Positions 34,451-50,489 of a DNA stretch of 64,000 bases are shown here, in pieces. The notes below the pieces were generated by a model, which was not told the DNA's origin, did not search any database, and worked only from the letters and a program-made list of their open reading frames with translations. The stretch's first letter is position 1. Each line of letters starts with the position of its first letter. Made by a program: the position numbers and the translations under genes. The stretch is taken from NCBI RefSeq assembly GCF_009914755.1, contig NC_060927.1; one strand, 5' to 3'. Source of the stretch: the human T2T-CHM13v2.0 reference genome, Homo sapiens.

Positions 34451-35239
34451 GCTGCTAGCCTTCCATGTCGTGATTCATAAGAATTTTTAGTTTTCTTGTT
34501 AGGTTTTCTAGCATCAGATAAGTGCTAGGGAAAGTTTTGGTTGCTAGGCATTTGAAATTCCTATACAGGAAAGGAAATTTGAATGTATTAAACTTATAAT
34601 TGCAGTTTAAATTGGTGTAAGGGAATTAATTTAACTAAGTTTTAAATGGGACTGGATATTTAAGGGATTTTATAATCTGTTCAAAATTGGATGCCTTAAA
34701 CAGTCAAAGTCAATTGGCTGTTCACTTTAACTAGATTTATAAATAGGAAAATATTTGTAAATTGAACTTAAGAACTTAAGGAGAAACCAGTTCCCTAAAG
34801 TTATTTCTTTTATAAATTGAATATTAGTTTAATAATGTTAATCACAAATCGTCTTTTTATTCACAAAAGACACCCTTGGGGCAGCAAAAAACTCCAGTGG
34901 TAATAAGGAACTTGGGCTTTAGTGGGGCAGACCTGATTAACCCTGTGTCTACAGACAACGAGAGAAGTGCAATGGGATAGGCGAGCACAAGTGCTGTGGG
35001 AGGATGAGGGGATGGGGATTGGAGATGTTCCTGGAGGAGATGACACCTGGCAGACAAAGTGAGGGAAAGAGCATTCCTGGCTGGGTCTAGGAATGGTGTG
35101 GAGTGTAGCACCTGTGAGGATGTGGAGGCCTGAAAAAGCATTGCCCGCTTAGGAAACTTACAAGTTCATTTTGGCTGAGAGAATGACCTTGGGGGCTGAG
35201 CTCGGGAGTTTGACCTGCATCCTAGAAGCTGAGGAAGCA

Positions 35240-35825
35240 CCATCAAGAAAGAGAAAAGACAACCCACAGAATGAGAGAAGTTTTACAACTCATATATCTG
35301 ATAAAGGACTTGTATCTGGAATATATAAAGAGCTATAAAGACAGGGCTGGGCATGGTGGTTCACACGTGTAATCCCAGTGCTTTGGGAGGCAGAGACAGG
35401 GAGATCACTTGAGAACAGGAGTTCAGGACCAACCTGGGTAACAGTGGGACCCCACCTCTAAAAAAATATATTTTTAATTAGCTGAGTGTGGTGGTATATG
35501 CCTCTAGTCCCAGCTACTGGGGGTGGTGAGGGGCTGAGGCAGAGGAATTGAGCCCAGAAGTTCAAGGTTGCATTGAGTTATGATCATACGACTGCATTCC
35601 AGCCTAAGCCACAGAGTGTGACGTTTCTCTGTGGCCAATAAGCACATGAAATGATGCTCCATATCATTAGCCATCAGGAAAATGCAAATTGAAACCACAA
35701 TGAGATAATTCGCACTCACTAAAATGGAGAAATTGGAATCCTCATACACTGCTAATGCAAATATAAAGTGGTGCATTCACTTGAAAAGTGTAGCAGTTCC
35801 TAAAAAAGGTTCAACGTAGAGTTTA
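35240..35825 (+). mobile_element. L1MB-type fragment with a nested AluJ (+, 35345-35630)
   Basis: AAAGACAACCCACAGAATGAGAGAAG...CATATATCTGATAAAGGACTTGTATC...GGAAAATGCAAATTGAAACCACAATGAGATA. Confidence 0.8.
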
Positions 35826-35841
35826 AAAATAAAAAAATATA

Positions 35842-36308
<467 letters not shown>

Positions 36309-36699
36309 GAAGAGAAGTAGTATGGGTGTAGTTGCAGAATAAAGGACAGTCTTTAAACTGAATAAACTCAGCTTTATAAAATACTTTTTTAAAAAGGCGG
36401 AGAAAAGAAGCTGAGGGAACCCACTGAACTATAGGAAGAACTGTATTTGCAGAGGGAGGGGGGCCTTTGGGAACAAAACCACCCACAGTCTCCATCTTGG
36501 CGGAGGAGCCCTGACACACTCCTGCACTCCTGGAGCACTTGGGTGGGACTAGGGGAGGTGCCACTGACGCCAGGAGCTGAGGTTTGGGCTGTGTAGAGGG
36601 TGAGTAGGGAGATGCAGAGGCAGAGAGGCCTGTGTTCACCATGGGATGACACAGGAGAAAAGGCTGGCCAGCTCTCCCTGTCTTCCCAACTCCCTCTAA

Positions 36700-37014
<315 letters not shown>

Positions 37015-37017
37015 TGA

Positions 37018-37350
<333 letters not shown>

Positions 37351-38469
37351 TGACAGGAAAAGGTTTCTCTTTGGCGTTTTGCAAACCTGTTAGCCACTGG
37401 GTCTGTGTCTTGTTTTTTTTTTTTTTTTTTTTTTGGTGGGGGAAGTAGGGATGCCAGTCTCCTTGAGGATCTCATGAAAGCAATAAATCCTCTCTGAAAA
37501 ATGTACCAACTCAGAATTTTGCACATAATTTCAAGGAGTACATGAATTTCCTTAGTGAGGGAGGATGATTTATGACAGGTTGGAGCCAGGTGGTTGACCT
37601 GCATGGGTCTTCGTGGAACTTTATCCTTTCTGGTCAGAGTCACTCTGGGGTGCTTCTCCCTCAGCCCTGTCTCCACTTGCCTCCTGGTGGGTCCTTCTGC
37701 CAGAGATGAGCAGTGGAATTGGATTGGCACAGGCTAGGTCAGAAGATCAGGGTTCCCGGCCTCGCATAGTCATTCTAAGCCCTAAGACTGCAGTCTCTCC
37801 CTCTGTCCACTTAAGTTGCTGTGCTGGTTAAATAGACTCAATCCACTTACTTCAGGTGTATTCATATCTGGATGTGCTGGCCTTAGTGCACTGCTAGGTG
37901 CCTTTGCAAGGGATCCAGGTTGGGGGTTGTCTTGTAGATTCAGATGAGTGTCCTTTGGTCCCCCTGGGGGACCCTATCTTTTTGAAGATTCTGGCTGTGG
38001 TGGTTGGGGCAAAGCCCCTTGGGCTGCTTCACAGTGTCCCCCTTAGGGACATTTTCTCCACCTGGTCTGTAGTGGGAGTGTAGAGCCTGGTGTGTACCAG
38101 AAATTACATGTCTTCCCCGTTTGTCAAGGAGGTGGGCAGGGAGCGGCCAGAGGTGAGGTCAGTTACTTAGGCAGGCTTCTGATCACCGGGGGCCACTAGT
38201 GCTGTGCAGAGGAGTTTATATTTGTATCCAGCAAGTGATGGTAACAGTGAGTAGTTTATTTCCATACTCAGTTGTCAGCCTTGGACCATGAAGATTGTGT
38301 CCTATAGGACTTTGGATCCCAGGGTTCAGCAGAGTTGATTGTATGTATTAGATACTCTAAAGATTTTTCAATGAGAGTATCTCACTTTAATTGCCAGTAG
38401 CGCTAAGTAAATGATGGCTTTTAATTTCTCTGCCTTGCACCTTACATAACAACCTCTTGCTAGAACTAG

Positions 38470-38721
<252 letters not shown>

Positions 38722-38896
38722 TGAATTCCATTTGTGCTCCCCCCCAGTGATAGGGTGCCCACCTCATGGTTTTAAAACTGGTCACTAGAAAACAAGTCTG
38801 TTCCATCAAACTAAGTGGTGCTTATTGGCTTTCATTTTCCTGGCATCTGGATGAACCAGACTCTATCAGCAAGTCATGAGCCATAAACTGGAGAAT

Positions 38897-39223
38897 GTTT
38901 TTTTGTTTTATTTTATTTTATTATTTTTTAAAAAATATTTTTCTTGAGACAGACAGGGTCTTGCTCTGTTGCCCAGGCTGGAATGCAGTGGCACAATTAT
39001 GGCTCACTGCAGCTTTGACCTCCCAAGCTCAAGCGGTCTTCCTCCTGAGTAGCTGGCACCACAGGCACATGCCACCACACCCAACTAATTTTTTATTTTT
39101 AGTAGAGACGCGAGGCTGTACTTTGGGAGGCTAAGGCGGGAGGAATGCTTGAACCCAGGAGTTTGAGACCTGTCCAGCTTCCTAAAGTACTGGGATTATA
39201 GGTGTGAGCCACTGTGTCTAGCC
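38897..39223 (-). mobile_element. AluJ-like with an internally inverted segment
   Basis: Antisense Alu containing sense-strand Alu sequence at 39118-39170. Confidence 0.88.
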
Positions 39224-39615
39224 AAGAATACCTTGTTCTATTGCAGAACATCTTGTCATACTGGGATTAGATATACTTTAATGACTTAAAACATAAATTG
39301 GTGTACAGAATGAAGATAGTTTTTATTGATAAGCATATACACATAAAATTTGTATCAACTCAGTAATTGTCAAGGAAGTTTTAATTCCTGAAAGATTTTT
39401 TTTCATAGAAAAATATTTCTCAAGATTCTTAGAGAGTGTCTAAGTCAATGCCAAGAGAAGTTTGGAAAGACTTTGAGAGAAGGCTAGCCCAGCATCTTGG
39501 AAGTAGAGGTGGATTTAGTTTTACATAGTTCTGTTGGAGGTGATAAAAGAGAAGAATTCCTTAGGAATCACTGTAGTGTAAAATACTATTAAAATCTCTC
39601 AAAAGCCTAGAACTG

Positions 39616-39935
39616 GGCTGGGTGCAGTGGCTCATGCCTGTAAATCCCAGCACTTTGGGAGGCCAAGGCAGGATGATTGCTTGAGGCTAGTAGTTCGAAA
39701 GCAGTCTAGAAAACAGAGACCCCATCTCCACCAAAAAAAAAAAAAAAAAAAAAAATTATTTAATTAGCTGGGTGTGGTGGCGCTTGCCTGTAGTCCCAGC
39801 TACTTGGGAGGCTGAGGCAGGAGAATTGCTTTAGCCAGAAATTGGAGGCAGCAGTGAGCTATGATAGCGCCACTACACTCCAGCCTGGGTGACAGAGTGA
39901 GACTCTGTCTCAAAAACAAATAATAAATAAATAAT
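39616..39935 (+). mobile_element. AluJ-like
   Basis: Sense dimer with a long middle A run. Confidence 0.92.
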
Positions 39936-40260
39936 CAAAGTTAGAACTTCAAGCGGTTTAGGGTTGCTACAAATTACAGGATAGATGTGGCAAGTATGTG
40001 TACTTTTGAGTGCTGCCTCTGGCCTAGGCTGCCTGGGTGGGGGTTTGCATTGAAGATCTGAGGCTGAATTGGGCTCCGTGGGGAAGCCTTGCATGGAGTC
40101 TTGGATTAACGATGCCAATCGTGGGGTCTACATTGGGTTAGATAGATGGATACTGAATGTGTAGGTATTTTCTCCCCTTAGGGACAGAAAGATCTCCTTG
40201 GGGAGGTCTGGGGGCACTTATTCTGTTGAATTTCCATGCAGAGCTGGGTTTGCTTCCTAG

Positions 40261-40428
<168 letters not shown>

Positions 40429-41343
40429 TGATAATCTGCATGCACACGTGGGTGACCCGTCTAGCAATGACTCTGAGCTGGGTTCTCAGGGCAGGAAAAG
40501 GGCTTCTCTCCTCCATGGGTGAATTGTGGGGCAGCCTGAGTTCAGTTTTTTGAGGACAGCCTCAGGCCAAAGGTGCTGTGGCCCTCACACTCCTAGCAGG
40601 CCCACGTTTTGGCAGAGTTGAGCTATAACCTTTGGCTACATGTAGAGTGTATTAGTGGCTTAAGGTCTCCAGAAGGTGGGAGATTTGTTAGAGATGTTGC
40701 TTCTGTGGATTTCTAGAGGGAGGCAGAGATCGTTACCTAGGTCAGCTCCTGATTAGGGCAGCGAGTGGATTAAGGCAGTGCGTTCCAGCATGTGTCCTAA
40801 AGAATGCTGGGTCCTCAAGATACTGATAGATGTCATAAGCAAAATGGGCCCTTTGGCCAGTTAGATGTGGGATATCCAGGTTACACAAAATTCTGTGTGT
40901 GTGTATACATGTGTACACGTGTGTTCTTTGCTCAGCATAAGAAAAGTTCTAAGTAGGCTGCTACATGGAACTTTGAAAGTGACAATGTAGCTGCATTAGC
41001 CTGACAGCCAAGCTGTGCAGCAGATGGCTTATGGCTGAGGCTTGTCAGGTCTTTGCTGGGGATGGAAGTCACAGGGCATGAGAGCAGTGGGTGAAGTCAA
41101 GCAGCAATGCCAAGGGGAGGAAGGGCCGCTTATTTCTCAGGCAGCTCTCACTTCCAATGGGAGCATGGACTATGGGGTCAGGTGGGCCGGAGGTCGTGTT
41201 CTTACTTAGCTACTCACTGGCTTTGTCATCCTGGGCAGGTCACTTTACCTCTGTGAGGCTGGTTTTACATGAGGATAATACCACATATTTCATAGGGCTG
41301 TCAAAAACAGATATCATCAGGGTTGGGAGTTAAAGCCAATGTT

Positions 41344-41560
41344 AAAAACAAAACAAAACAAAAAAAACACCAGGGGTATTAAAACAGGCATGGTGGAGGG
41401 TACCTGTTGTCCCAGCTACTCAGGAGGCTGAGATAGGAGGATCACTTTGAGCCCAGGAGTTTGAGGCTGCAGTGTGATATGATTATACCTGTGAATAGCC
41501 ACTGCGATCAGCCTGGGCAACATAGCAAGACCTTATCTCTAAAAAAAATTTTTTTTAAAC
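41344..41560 (+). mobile_element. Alu right monomer (FRAM/AluJ fragment)
   Basis: CCTGTTGTCCCAGCTACTCAGGAGGCTGAG...AGCAAGACCTTATCTCTAAAAAAAA. Confidence 0.85.
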
Positions 41561-41975
41561 CAGGGATATCAGTAAATGATAGCTATCATGATCACTATCA
41601 TCATTATTATAATTTTCTACCACATGTCTTGTCAGTGTTCATAGTAGCTTTTTCCTGTGTTAGTTCGTGACTCAGATCTCTGCTAGGTGGCATCTCCTAA
41701 AGCTGCAGTTTGGGTAATGTCATCAACAAATCCCCAGTCCGAACAGACACTGAAGTGAGCTCGGCCTGTCTCAGGGCTGTCATTACTTCTGCAGCCTCTG
41801 ATGAACCTCGCTTCTGGCCTCCTAAGGATAAGCCATTGCCCCCCACCCCCCTCTTTCTTTTGATGAGTCCTTTTCCCTGCACAGAGCTTCTGGTGAAGGT
41901 GGTGGGAGTTGTTCTTGCAGAGCACATGGGATTCCAACGGCCTGGCAGTGGGCCAGGATCTTGTTGCCATGGTGA

Positions 41976-42206
<231 letters not shown>

Positions 42207-43879
42207 TGATTAGAGACTCTCCTCTAGCTTCCCAGTCCCTGCAGGAGGCTCTCCTGCTCTGGCCCAGGCAGGTCTCTGGGAGGGGCAGGGGCCAAGCACA
42301 TGCACAGAGTCCCAGAGGCCCTGGGCCACAACCTGCTCCTCCCACACAGGCACAAGCCGCAGGGCCTGGACCGGCCTCTTTAACTTTGGTTTCCTTGCCA
42401 ATGGAAACCGAAGGCTCTGAGCCAGCAGAGCCTTTCTTAAGCGTTTACCATGAACAAGAAATGGGGCAATGACTCTGAGAGGGGTGTGACGTTGGCACTC
42501 AGTGAATGGGGCGATGGATGCACTTCCTTTGCAGAAGTCTGTGTCTCACCTGCTGCAGGCCTGCCTGTGTCTATGCGCACCTACAGCGTGGGAAGGAAAC
42601 AGGATGTTTTGTCATCTGAAAGGGGGAAGGGGATGGGCAAGCCTGGCCTTCTACTTAATTCACAAGAATGCTAGAAGAGCCAGCAGAATGCGAAGTGCTT
42701 GGATCTTTGGGGTTGTAGGCGTTGTTTAGTGGAGTCATCCAGCCCTGTGGCCTGAGGAAGTGTGTCACCAGAGAAGACAGCCCGGCAGCTCTGTGCCCCG
42801 GGCCTGGTTGGCTTTCTGCTGGGCTCGCGCCATTCTTTCTCTCTTTAGGTCTTTGTAGGTGGTCAGGACTGGTTTTCCAGAGTGAAGTTCCCCCCAAAGC
42901 TGGAGCCCCTCCTGACTGGTTTCCTCGGCCACTGCAGGGTTTCCTGATGTTATGGGCAGATTCAGTCCCCTTACCAGGCTCCTCCTTGTTCTCAGCAGCA
43001 GAATCGATGGGGGAGGGGTCTGGAGTGGGGAGCAGCCTCAGTCAATTAGAAGGAGTTACCTGGCCACCTCTAGCCCAGAGGTAACTCCATGTCAGTCTCA
43101 ACTCACTCATGTCCTTGAGAGAGTAGAATGGTTTCGGGGAAAGAGAGGGCATAGCCTTCAAGCTGACCTGGGCTTGGGTCCTGCCTGCATCCCTTACTGT
43201 GTGATCTTAAGTTAGTGAGCCTCTCTGAGCCTTAATTACTTTTCTCTAAAATGAAATTAGTAATTGCCCCTTACAGAATTGCTACAGGAATACACTAGAT
43301 ACTACAGTGCCTAGCTCAGTGTTGGGCACAAAATGGGGCCTGAAATGTTACTTCCCTTCTCCCCAGCCTCACCTCCCACCTATAGGGGGCATAGCTGGCC
43401 CCAAATGTGAATCTTGTGTCTGAGCCTAGAATCATACAAGTGTGGAAGGGCGTCTGTGCTGCCCCATCCCCACTGCTGGCTCTATGGCAGGCTAGGGGAG
43501 GTGATTCTCAGCCCTGCCAGGAGACATCAGCATTCCCAGCTGTAACATTGCCTGCTGGCTTTTCCTCTTCTCCACTGCCCCTCCCTCTACACATAAAACA
43601 GCTATATTGATTTTTTCTCATTATAAAAAACAATCCATGCTGATTATAAAAGATTTAGTCGTTATAAAAGATCCTAGGCAGAAAGGTATGAGCATATTTC
43701 AGGAGAATAATTTTTTTTCAAAAGTAATACTTGCTTACTCAAAAATTCCAACAACACGCAGGTGCATGGAGGGGCTTGCCTCTGTTCATTTCTCTTGCCT
43801 CTGTTCATTTCTTTGTGGTCCCCTTTCATCCTTTTCCCTCCATCCCACTGTAAGCAATTTAGTGGGATTCAGTCTTTAA

Positions 43880-44338
<459 letters not shown>

Positions 44339-44499
44339 TGACTGGGGGCAAACAGCTCAACCTCCCTGAGTATCAGTTTCTTCCTTGTCCCCTTTCTGTA
44401 GGGATGGGAGGGGTATGCAGTGTTGTCAGCAGCGTGTGTTTTGCAGAGAGCCCAGCGTGGGGCCGAATGGAGTGAGCAGCAAAGCCGGGAGTCCGGCAG

Positions 44500-44562
44500 G
44501 GTGTGTGTGTGAGTACGTGTGTGATGGTGGTGATGTGTGTGTGAGAGAGAGGGGAGAGAGAG
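44500..44562. repeat. Degenerate (GT)n(GA)n microsatellite
   Basis: Interrupted GT run followed by a GA run. Confidence 0.8.
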
Positions 44563-45269
44563 AATGAGTGGGTGGGGGGTGTGGGCTGAGGTCTGTGAGC
44601 CAATAAGGGAGCATGGGACTCTGCACAAGCCCTCTGAACCAGGAGGTAGCCAGAACAGAAATGGGGCACTGAAGGGTGGAGCCACAGAATGGGGGAGGGC
44701 AGAACCACAGACAGGCGCCTGAGATTGACCTCCCGAATGCAGGATGGTCTCCCCTCCACCTTCTGCACCCCAGGCAGATGGTGCTCACTGTAGAATTGCC
44801 ATAAAACAGAGACGTGCATAGCGAGAAACTGTAGCCTTCAGCATCCCATCCTCAGGACAGAATCACTCTTAAACATGTTGAAATACATCTGCTTAGCGCT
44901 TTTCTACGTGTATATATAATATATGCATAATATACAATTAGGAGCATGTGGTTTTATAAGAACATTTTTAAACAAAAGTGGAATCACACTGCAAATACTT
45001 TTCATGACTTTTATGTGTATACGTATTGCTACCTATAGATGGAACCTCAGATTTACTGTATTCCCTGAGCCTGGCCTGTAAACAAGACTTCTCATCCCTT
45101 CCTTTATGGCTATCTTCTCATTTCACCTCACATTTGGTTATGGCAGCCCCATCACTGTCTATGAAGTGCTGGCTGTACACTAGTCATCTGGCCTTTTCAC
45201 TCAACAATCTCCTAAAGCATCGTTCTGTGTCAGTAAATGGTAAATGTTCTTATCCTGCATGGCAAAATT

Positions 45270-45740
45270 TAGGGTAATTGTAGACTCACATAAATTGTAG
45301 GAAATAATACAGAGATCCCTTAAACCCTTTGCCTAGTTTCCCCCAACGGTAACAGTGTGCATAGCTCTAGAGTGATCTTCCCACCCATGTTGGCATGTGT
45401 AATCTCCCACCACAGTCATGGCACTGAACACTGCCACCACCACAAGGTCCCTGGTGTTGTGCTTTTTACAGCCAGCACCCCTCCCTCCTGCCTGGTCCCC
45501 ACCTGCCTTGTATTTACAGCTGCATTTTATTGTGTCTTGTGGATGTTCCACAGCTTTCTTTACCAGTCCTACTGGACATGTTTGCTGCTTATAGCTTTTT
45601 TGTATTATTGTAAATAGCAGGCATCTTTCTAGCTAGGTCCTTGCACCTGTCCCAACTTGGTGCCTTGGCATAAATTCCTAGAAATGAAATTGCTGGGTCA
45701 AAGCACGTGTACCTTTGAAAGACTTTTAGGGAAATTTCCA
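45270..45740 (-). mobile_element. Old L1 (L1MC/ME-type) fragments
   Basis: TAGACTCACA...GAAATAATACAGAGATCCC...AGTTTCCCCCAACGGTAAC and ATTCCTAGAAATGAAATTGCTGGGTCAAAG. Confidence 0.6.
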
Positions 45741-48729
45741 GGTTTCCCTTCCGCTAGGCTCTGTCAGTCTGTTTTCCCCATACAACTCAGCTTCAGGCTA
45801 GAGCCCACTTCTTCTAAGCTGATGATACCCTCGAAACTCATGACTGCAAGACTTACTGGGGAAATGCCCATCATCCATGCCTGACACAGATCAGCTATTC
45901 AAGAAATGTTAGTGGAATTCAGATCTGAGGAAAAAGACCAGAAAGCAAGAGGAAGAAGGGAATGAGGTGGGTGGAAGTGGCAGCAGGACGAGGGGCACGA
46001 ACAGCTTCTCCTGGACTGTGTCCTCGTCATCCTTGTCTGCCCCATTACAAACCCACGCACCACATCCACCAGGAACTCATCTCCCTCAATTGCCCCAAAC
46101 TAGCTCTGCTTATTTTATTAAAAGGTTTTCTCCCAAGATTGCCATCCTGACCTCAAAAATAAATGCAGTTTGCTGCTCTCTGACTGTGGCCGGCCAAGAG
46201 GAGCCAGAGGGGCAGCCTGGGGCTTCCTCTGCCAGGACTTTAAGATTCAGCAGCAAAGTCTTGCTGACTGCACCAAGGCCATCCTGCTGACGCAGCGGGT
46301 CAGGACTGCCAAGGGTTAGGAAACACATTCTCAAGACAAAGGCTGTTCATCTGTCGCCTCTGCCTCCGGCCATCCTGTGGTTTTGGCCCAGAGAGGAGGG
46401 AGAAAGCATCAGACCCAGTCTTGGAATTTTTGGTTGCCTTTCGAAATTTACATTGTCTTGTGCAAGAACTGGTTTGTCAGGGCTGCCAAGTAGGACAACG
46501 AGCCCTAGGAGGGCTTCTCAAGGCGGTGGTGACTTCATGTTTGAAATCCAACAGCAAGATAAAGTATAGCTCAGAGAGTATTTGTTCAGTGGGGTCTATT
46601 TTTAAAACTCCACTCAAATTGTGCCTCCCAAGTAAGTCCAAGTGTTAGCCATCCATCATATGCTCAGCTGTGATATGCCTGCCTGAGTGCCTGTCCCACT
46701 CACGGGGCAGTCAGCATGGCAAGCAGTTGGTGTGGTTCGGGGAAGGAGCACCAGCTTTCAGTCCTGACTCTGCCATCTCAAGCAGCTGTAACTAGAGCAA
46801 CTCATTTCACTCTTTGGGGCCTCATTTCTTTTCTGTGAAATGGGGTTAATTATACCCATCTTTCAGGTTTCGTCAAGCCAAATTTCTATTATTATTTCTC
46901 CTTATTACTGACTCATAAAATAGCAAAAACCACAAAACACAACTAAATTGCAACAGGCTGTACTTACTGACGGACTTTAGAAAGGAAAGCTCATTGTGTG
47001 CTTTAAGAAAAGCTTTCAGGAGTTTGAGAAAGCTTCCAGGAGATGGTGAAACTTGATCTGAGCCCTGAGAGGTCTGGAAAGGAAGAGTGGAGCAGGGAAG
47101 CTTTTCAAACAAAGGGAAAGGTGGGGGTAGGAACAAGACTGGAGAGCCTGGGAGATGGTGAGGAGCTGGTGCTGAGAAAATACAGTGAAGGTAATGATCA
47201 TGCCTGCATTTTGCCCAGTGCTTCATTATTTTTGGAGCACATCTCTCCTTTGCCCATGGTAGCCTGAGCTGGGCAGGACATCTAAACAGAAGTTAATGGA
47301 TTTACCCAAAAAGTCACCAGCCTAGGATGTGGCTGAGCCTGGCCTGGGTTCTAGGTCACCTGCTCCGTAGCCTATGCCTGCTGCCCCGCTAAAGGGAGCA
47401 TTTAATGTGCCAATGAGGAGAGATGGCATGGTGGAAAAGATAAGCACTTGGAAGCAGCCATGTTTTGCTCTGAGAGTAGACAGACTCAAAATAAAAAAAA
47501 TTCCTTCAATTCTAAAGCTAAAAAATGGGACTGGAAATTTCAAAGACAGACAAAAGCCCCAAATGGAGAAAACAATACTTCAAGCTCCACATTTGGGAAC
47601 CATTAGCACAGAGGTCCTGGCTGATTTCTCTTCCCTGCCCAGGAAGCCAGGAGAGATGCAGGCCACTGAAGCACACTGGCTGGCCTAAAACAAGGGCAAG
47701 GCCTTTCCTTGTTAAAGATGTCATGGCCCAACTCAAGACTCATTCTCAGGCCTGCACGCACATATGCACATATACACGCGTGCATACATGTGGCAGGAAG
47801 GGGCACAGAACCTGGAGTCCAGTCACCTCTGGCTATTGCCAGCTATTTGGACAGGTCATTTGTCCTCTCTGAGTCTCGGTCTCCTGGGCTGTAGCCAGGG
47901 AGAAATAATACCTACTGCACAGGACTATGGGGACAGCCAAAAGCCTTTTATAAACCTAAGAAAGAGAAGTCGTTAGGAACTATTCATGGGCACTCACAGC
48001 AAGGCAACCCCATCTTGTAGGAGGGCATCTGTCCCCAGGGCAGGGATCAGGAGAGCTGTTTCCAGAGGCTTCCAGGGTAACTTGGAGCAAATCACTTACC
48101 TTTCTTGGACTCAGTCCCTGGAAGAAGAGGCCATTCCAGACCGCTTCCTCCCACGAACTCATTCATTGTGTCAGCAAACGTAGACTGGGGTTCTGCTGAG
48201 GGAGGCCGATACAACCCACCACTGCCCACGGGCTGTGCACGGCTTTGCTGTGGGAACAGGCCTGTAACTGCGGCACAACCTGCGATCTGGACAAAGGGCA
48301 GAGGAAGCTGAGACTCTTTCCCCTGGGGTGGGGGCTTGAGGGGCTTGGGAGGACTCTGCAGAAGAGGTGACATTTCAACAGGGCCTTGAAAGCCAAATAG
48401 GTATTTTCCAGAGGCAGAGTGGGGAGGGGCAAAGGCATTCCAGGTGAGGGTGACATCCTATGGCGAGGCAGGCCTGTAGGTGGGAAGGAGGGGAGGATGG
48501 GCAGAGAGTTTGTGCTGTGGAGCACAGTAGCCCAGTCATGAGAGAGGTGCAGGATGGAGCACACAGGGTGGGCTGGGCAGGCTGGGCAGGGTGCTGATTG
48601 GCGGCTGCAGGGCTGCTCCCCAGGCATGGGTAATCATCCCACGCATCTGGAGGCAGGCTCTGTATGCATCTGGTTCTTTCCATGGCTCTGAAAACAGTCT
48701 TCTTTTTTTCCCTTGATGAAATCCTGCAG

Positions 48730-48870
48730 TCCGCTCCCATGTACCAGTACCTGGATAGGAAACTGTTCAAGGAAGCCTACCAGATTGCTTGCTTGGGTGT
48801 CACAGACACTGATTGGCGTGAACTGGCCATGGAAGCGCTAGAAGGTTTAGATTTTGAAACAGCAAAGAAG
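48730..48870 (+). CDS. IFT122: IFT122 exon 16
   Basis: tgcag|TCC; [47 protein letters not shown]; AAG|gtaagc; 141 nt. Confidence 0.96.
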
Positions 48871-50029
48871 GTAAGCATCTAGCCAGCAGGAGCTGGAGTT
48901 TGGTCCTTGTGGGGTCCCTTAAGAAGGCAGATGGGGACGCAGGTGGCACGGAGAGGCCATAGACTGCAGCAGTCTCTGGAGTTAGGCTGACCTGGGCTTG
49001 TATCTTAGCCACTTCCTCACTGTGGGCCTGGGTAGGTGACACCCTTTCTAAGATTGCTTCTCTATAGACGTAGGATGATGACAGGCCCCATCCTCACAAA
49101 GCTGTGAGGATCAAATGGGAGGATGCCTGTAAAGCCTGACCCAGGAGCAGCATGTCAGATTCTGGCTGTCACTCTTATTAGCTGTTCTCTGTGGGAAGCA
49201 CCTGGCTAGTAGCCTGGCACATCACAGGCACTCCGTAAATGGCGGCTTTTATTATCGGTGTAGTCACTGGCCATGATGCTGCACACAATGCTGCTTTTCT
49301 TAGCATCTGCCAACTAAGGTGGGAGAGATGGTCAAGGTCTCTGATTCTGACAGCAATGTGGGCACTTCCCACGTACCTTCATGGTGGGATTCATGGACTT
49401 GATTCGTTGTGTCCTTTCCTGGCCTAGTCTATGAAAGCTAGAGAGATGGCTGAAAACATCTGACCCCTCTCTGCACATAAGGAAAAGCCCAGGTATGTTC
49501 CTGAGCTGTGTTTCCATCTAGAACCTCAGATGGAGGAAGGAATGGCTTCCAACCTCCACTCCCCTACCCCTTCCCTCTTTATCTCCCCACAGTCAATTAA
49601 TGAGCTGCTCATTTTGTCCATATTCCCGGGCTGACATTGAAGGAGTGGCAAAGAGGGACGTGATGCCCGCCTTGGGTTAGATCAAGACTTGTAGGCATGA
49701 AGAGAGGAGACTGGACCAGACCAGGACTAAGAAGCCTGGCTGAGAACGAGCTGTGTCACATAAGGGGCTCTGGGACCTCAGGCCAGCCAGTTTCCTTGGA
49801 GCCCCAGTCCTCCCAGTTCTGAAATGGGGGTGGTGAGAATGCCCGCTGCAGTCATGAGGCTTAACTGAGATGTTGTAAAGGGGAATTTAAATCAGGGATG
49901 GTTGTGCAGATGCTAGCCATTACTAAACAAGGGAAGTGATCGTTGTGTAACAATGATCTAGATTATATTTTTAGATGTCCTCAGTGTAGGAAAGTGGAGA
50001 TGGAGGAGGCTGTAAGAATTCAGAGGAGG

Positions 50030-50334
<305 letters not shown>

Positions 50335-50489
50335 TCAGAGGAGGGAGGAGGCATCTCTATGGAGGGAGCTTCCCTCTCCTGCCCCACCCAGAAATGCCAG
50401 CAGGGAGGGAGACGACAAATCCCTAGAATAGAAAGGATTGTAAAAAGCCACAAGGTTTAATATGAGTGTTTACTGATATTTTTATAAAT

